A stretch of 64,000 bases of DNA from an uncultured Planctomycetota bacterium. Lineage in GTDB: Bacteria; Planctomycetota; Planctomycetia; Pirellulales; Lacipirellulaceae. The stretch is taken from positions 42,217-106,216 of the forward strand of contig CAVRBU010000010.1 of assembly GCA_963719315.1 (NCBI GenBank), given 5' to 3'. A model generated the notes under the pieces. It saw nothing but the letters and a program-made list of their open reading frames with translations. It was not told where the DNA came from and did no database searches. The position numbers and the translations under genes are program-made. Below are positions 62,801-64,000 of the stretch, one piece after another. Positions within the stretch are counted from its first letter, which is position 1; every line of letters starts with the position of its first letter.

Positions 62801-63482
62801 GACGCCCGTCGAGTTTCGGCTCTACGGTTGGAACGCGGCGACCTCGGTAGATAGCACGCACGTCGTTGCCGCTTCGATGCGGGCCCGGTTCGCGTCGGTC
62901 GTCGGTACGCCGATCGATCCGACCGGCAGTATCACGGTACAGGGAGATTTCTATCATTTGGCCGGCGGTCAATTAGTGATCGATCTCGGCGGCCACTCGG
63001 CCGGCGTCGACTACGACACAGTAGATGTCCTCGGCAAGGTCGAGCTCGAAGGCGACTTGGCGGTATCGCTTGCCGATACCGGCGGAGAATTGTTTGCCCC
63101 GGCACTTGGCGACACTTTCAATATCCTGACGGCAACCCAGGGTATTTTGGGGCAGTTTTCCCACGTGACCCTGCCACAACTTCCCTGGAATCTCGACTGG
63201 CGCGTCGATTATCTTGCGAATACCGTCGATCTGACCGTGTGGTCGTCGGGCGATTTCAATCACGACGGCAGCGTCGATGCGGCTGATTACGTTGTCTGGC
63301 GCAAGAATGGCGGTTCTCAATCGGACTTTAGCAGTTGGCGGAGCCGCTTCGATCTAACTGCGGGGAGCGGCTCGAGAGCATCAAACTATGCATCTGCCAG
63401 CGCGGCCGTGCCTGAACCGGCAAGTGCATCGCTACTAATTTTGGTGGCGACCGTACTCACTTGGCGCCATCCCCGAAAATGA
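59865..63482 (+). CDS. Multidomain surface sulfatase with duplicated beta-rich domain, dockerin-like module and PEP-CTERM
   Basis: PNIIHIFADDLG, CAASR, SDNG; VPEPAS. Confidence 0.9.
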   Translation: MRLLCLVGFWGALACSTLPALSVCAEFPRPNIIHIFADDLGWGSVGFNGQTQIATPNLDALAAAGMRFTNSYACPVCAASRATLYTGFHTGHTNVDGNSELTQGFRANEVMTAQVLAPAGYTSAVFGKWGFGADGVRTIGGNDPLPSITTPDSLPTNHGFDEFYGLLNHGAAQDYFYQWMWRSDSSPQGVSAIPNNGGPGGSAQYTHDLFAAQSEQFVAAHAGDSDPFYMQLNYTIPHWDIDAISAAPGGYGIYANSFATTQEKAYAAMITRMDSSIGALMAKLDDPNGDGNHADSILNNTLVMFTSDNGPSTEDNSPIDYFNANGQFRGGKFELYEGGIHMPAVAYWKGTIVPGSVSDYRTDLTDFMATAADLAGVEAPVGIDGTSLAPILTGEGHLRQRDYLVFEHQGAAGADPDPRIGRWAVIRQDGMKLIRYDDESSVLYNLITDPSESSPLNLAIPANAQIAMELEADAIAEDVTRGSVQYRTWSGPNGGSLQDAQHWSSPTAPDRYWSAVVANTTASPAIAHVTADVTTLGVEIRGQSSLQVVNVHEGKTLTGLNEVRIGAYGRIDLDNGMLSSSRWVNVRAGGEVRGQGDVVGDVYNAGVVSPGRPSGDPTWPIALPPALPPSSLSTGVVTAATFNFAGVQDDVPVNATSAQSAYVEVSHGLDFGPRNVGPSVGPRWGSGGTNAGNELNLIGFNATTLAQAIANDDYITFSVDPVTGAGIVPNTVSFQLWRNGNLTTGNSAAPRNFAIFSSVKGFTASDVLAQASYTDFGDKDNHATVQHTLIANLPAIVDAIDVPTEYRLYAWNATAATGNFHVNAASLSAKFVGVPTLEFNFSGVQDGAPLTALKRQDINLALTTGLAFGAGVTPSGTNNVGNEFHVAGFSTGSTAQSAIDGSDYLSFAVTPIAGMAMIPDSVSFTLWRQGSGSAIDYAVYSSLGGFASGQQLAQTHLTTIGAANQIALGGSFASVQPTTTPVEFRLYGWNAATSVDSTHVVAASMRARFASVVGTPIDPTGSITVQGDFYHLAGGQLVIDLGGHSAGVDYDTVDVLGKVELEGDLAVSLADTGGELFAPALGDTFNILTATQGILGQFSHVTLPQLPWNLDWRVDYLANTVDLTVWSSGDFNHDGSVDAADYVVWRKNGGSQSDFSSWRSRFDLTAGSGSRASNYASASAAVPEPASASLLILVATVLTWRHPRK

Positions 63483-63528
63483 TTCGGATGAACGTCGCTA
63501 GCGAAACCGCAAAGTCAATGTTTCGTCA

Positions 63529-63703
63529 CTACAGCGCCAGACTCCCCGGCATCTCACAGGATGATCGACGGGAATTCGTCATAAATCGTTGTCCGCGACG
63601 CCAGATCCAAGCCCATCACCAACGCCACGATCCCGTCGATCCGCTCGCAGCTTTTCTTCTTGGACGGCTTCCAGTTGTCGGCCGCATCCTGCTCGATCGA
63701 GAC
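63529..63703 (-). repeat. Third (orphan) terL 3' tail
   Basis: Encodes VSIEQDAADNWKPSKKKSCERIDGIVALVMGLDLA; contains the invariant 38-bp core at 63654-63691. Confidence 0.9.
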
Positions 63704-63934
63704 TTTCCTAATCATTCACTGCAGCAACGGGTGCCGACCACCTAAACCTTCTTCCCCTCCGCCAGCGCCCGCCATTCCGCGGGTGCCCGCGTCACAGTCC
63801 GTCGCTTCGTCGCCACAACCTGCGTCCCCGGCAACACCGCGCCCAGAACCGACGCCCCCACCGCGCACTCCACGATCCCGTCTCACCAGTGATTATCCGT
63901 CCGCTCGGGCCGCTGCTTCCTCGCAATGACCAAC

Positions 63935-64000
63935 CTAGCGCTGCTCGGCGACCGCGAACAGTTGGCCGACGGAGTCTGAGTTATCAACTCGGGCATGTAA
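63935..64000 (-). CDS. C-terminus of a second tyrosine integrase paralog (runs off the window)
   Basis: LHARVDNSDSVGQLFAVAEQR* vs LHARVDNSTPLGQLFAML*; 63978-64000 identical to 7505-7527. Confidence 0.8.
   Translation of the reverse strand, partial: LHARVDNSDSVGQLFAVAEQR

Overview
Planctomycete-type DNA (PEP-CTERM/dockerin-like surface proteins, DUF1559, sulfatases, planctomycete ECF sigma; taxonomy inferred from gene content) forming a nested island hotspot. Two sugar-utilisation clusters (chitin/GlcNAc 13.3-23.1 kb; ribose/ADP-ribosylglycohydrolase/sulfatase 47.5-63.5 kb) are interleaved with related capsid-less, terminase-bearing integrative elements (A 7.3-11.5 kb with a tyrosine integrase; B 23.1-36.6 kb with a serine recombinase; remnant C 41.5-47.2 kb with a truncated DrmD-like helicase) and two IS481-like DDE elements. 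Most notable: (i) the 3' end of terL occurs three times around an invariant 38-bp core, twice as an orphan tail beside a minimal tyrosine integrase, suggesting an element that integrates into another element's terminase gene; (ii) six co-oriented tRNA-3'-end-like CTCC(C/T)C junctions, three of which open a conserved hairpin leader; (iii) a 3-copy promoter-like motif probably read by an element-encoded sigma-like factor; (iv) a repeat-punctuated PEP-CTERM gene array; (v) a secreted protein with RRM RNP motifs. Many genes, including ordinary metabolic ones, carry single-base frameshifts, so sequencing indels cannot be told apart from real pseudogenisation. No complete tRNA, rRNA or CRISPR array was seen. 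All alignments were done by eye; no database searches were run.
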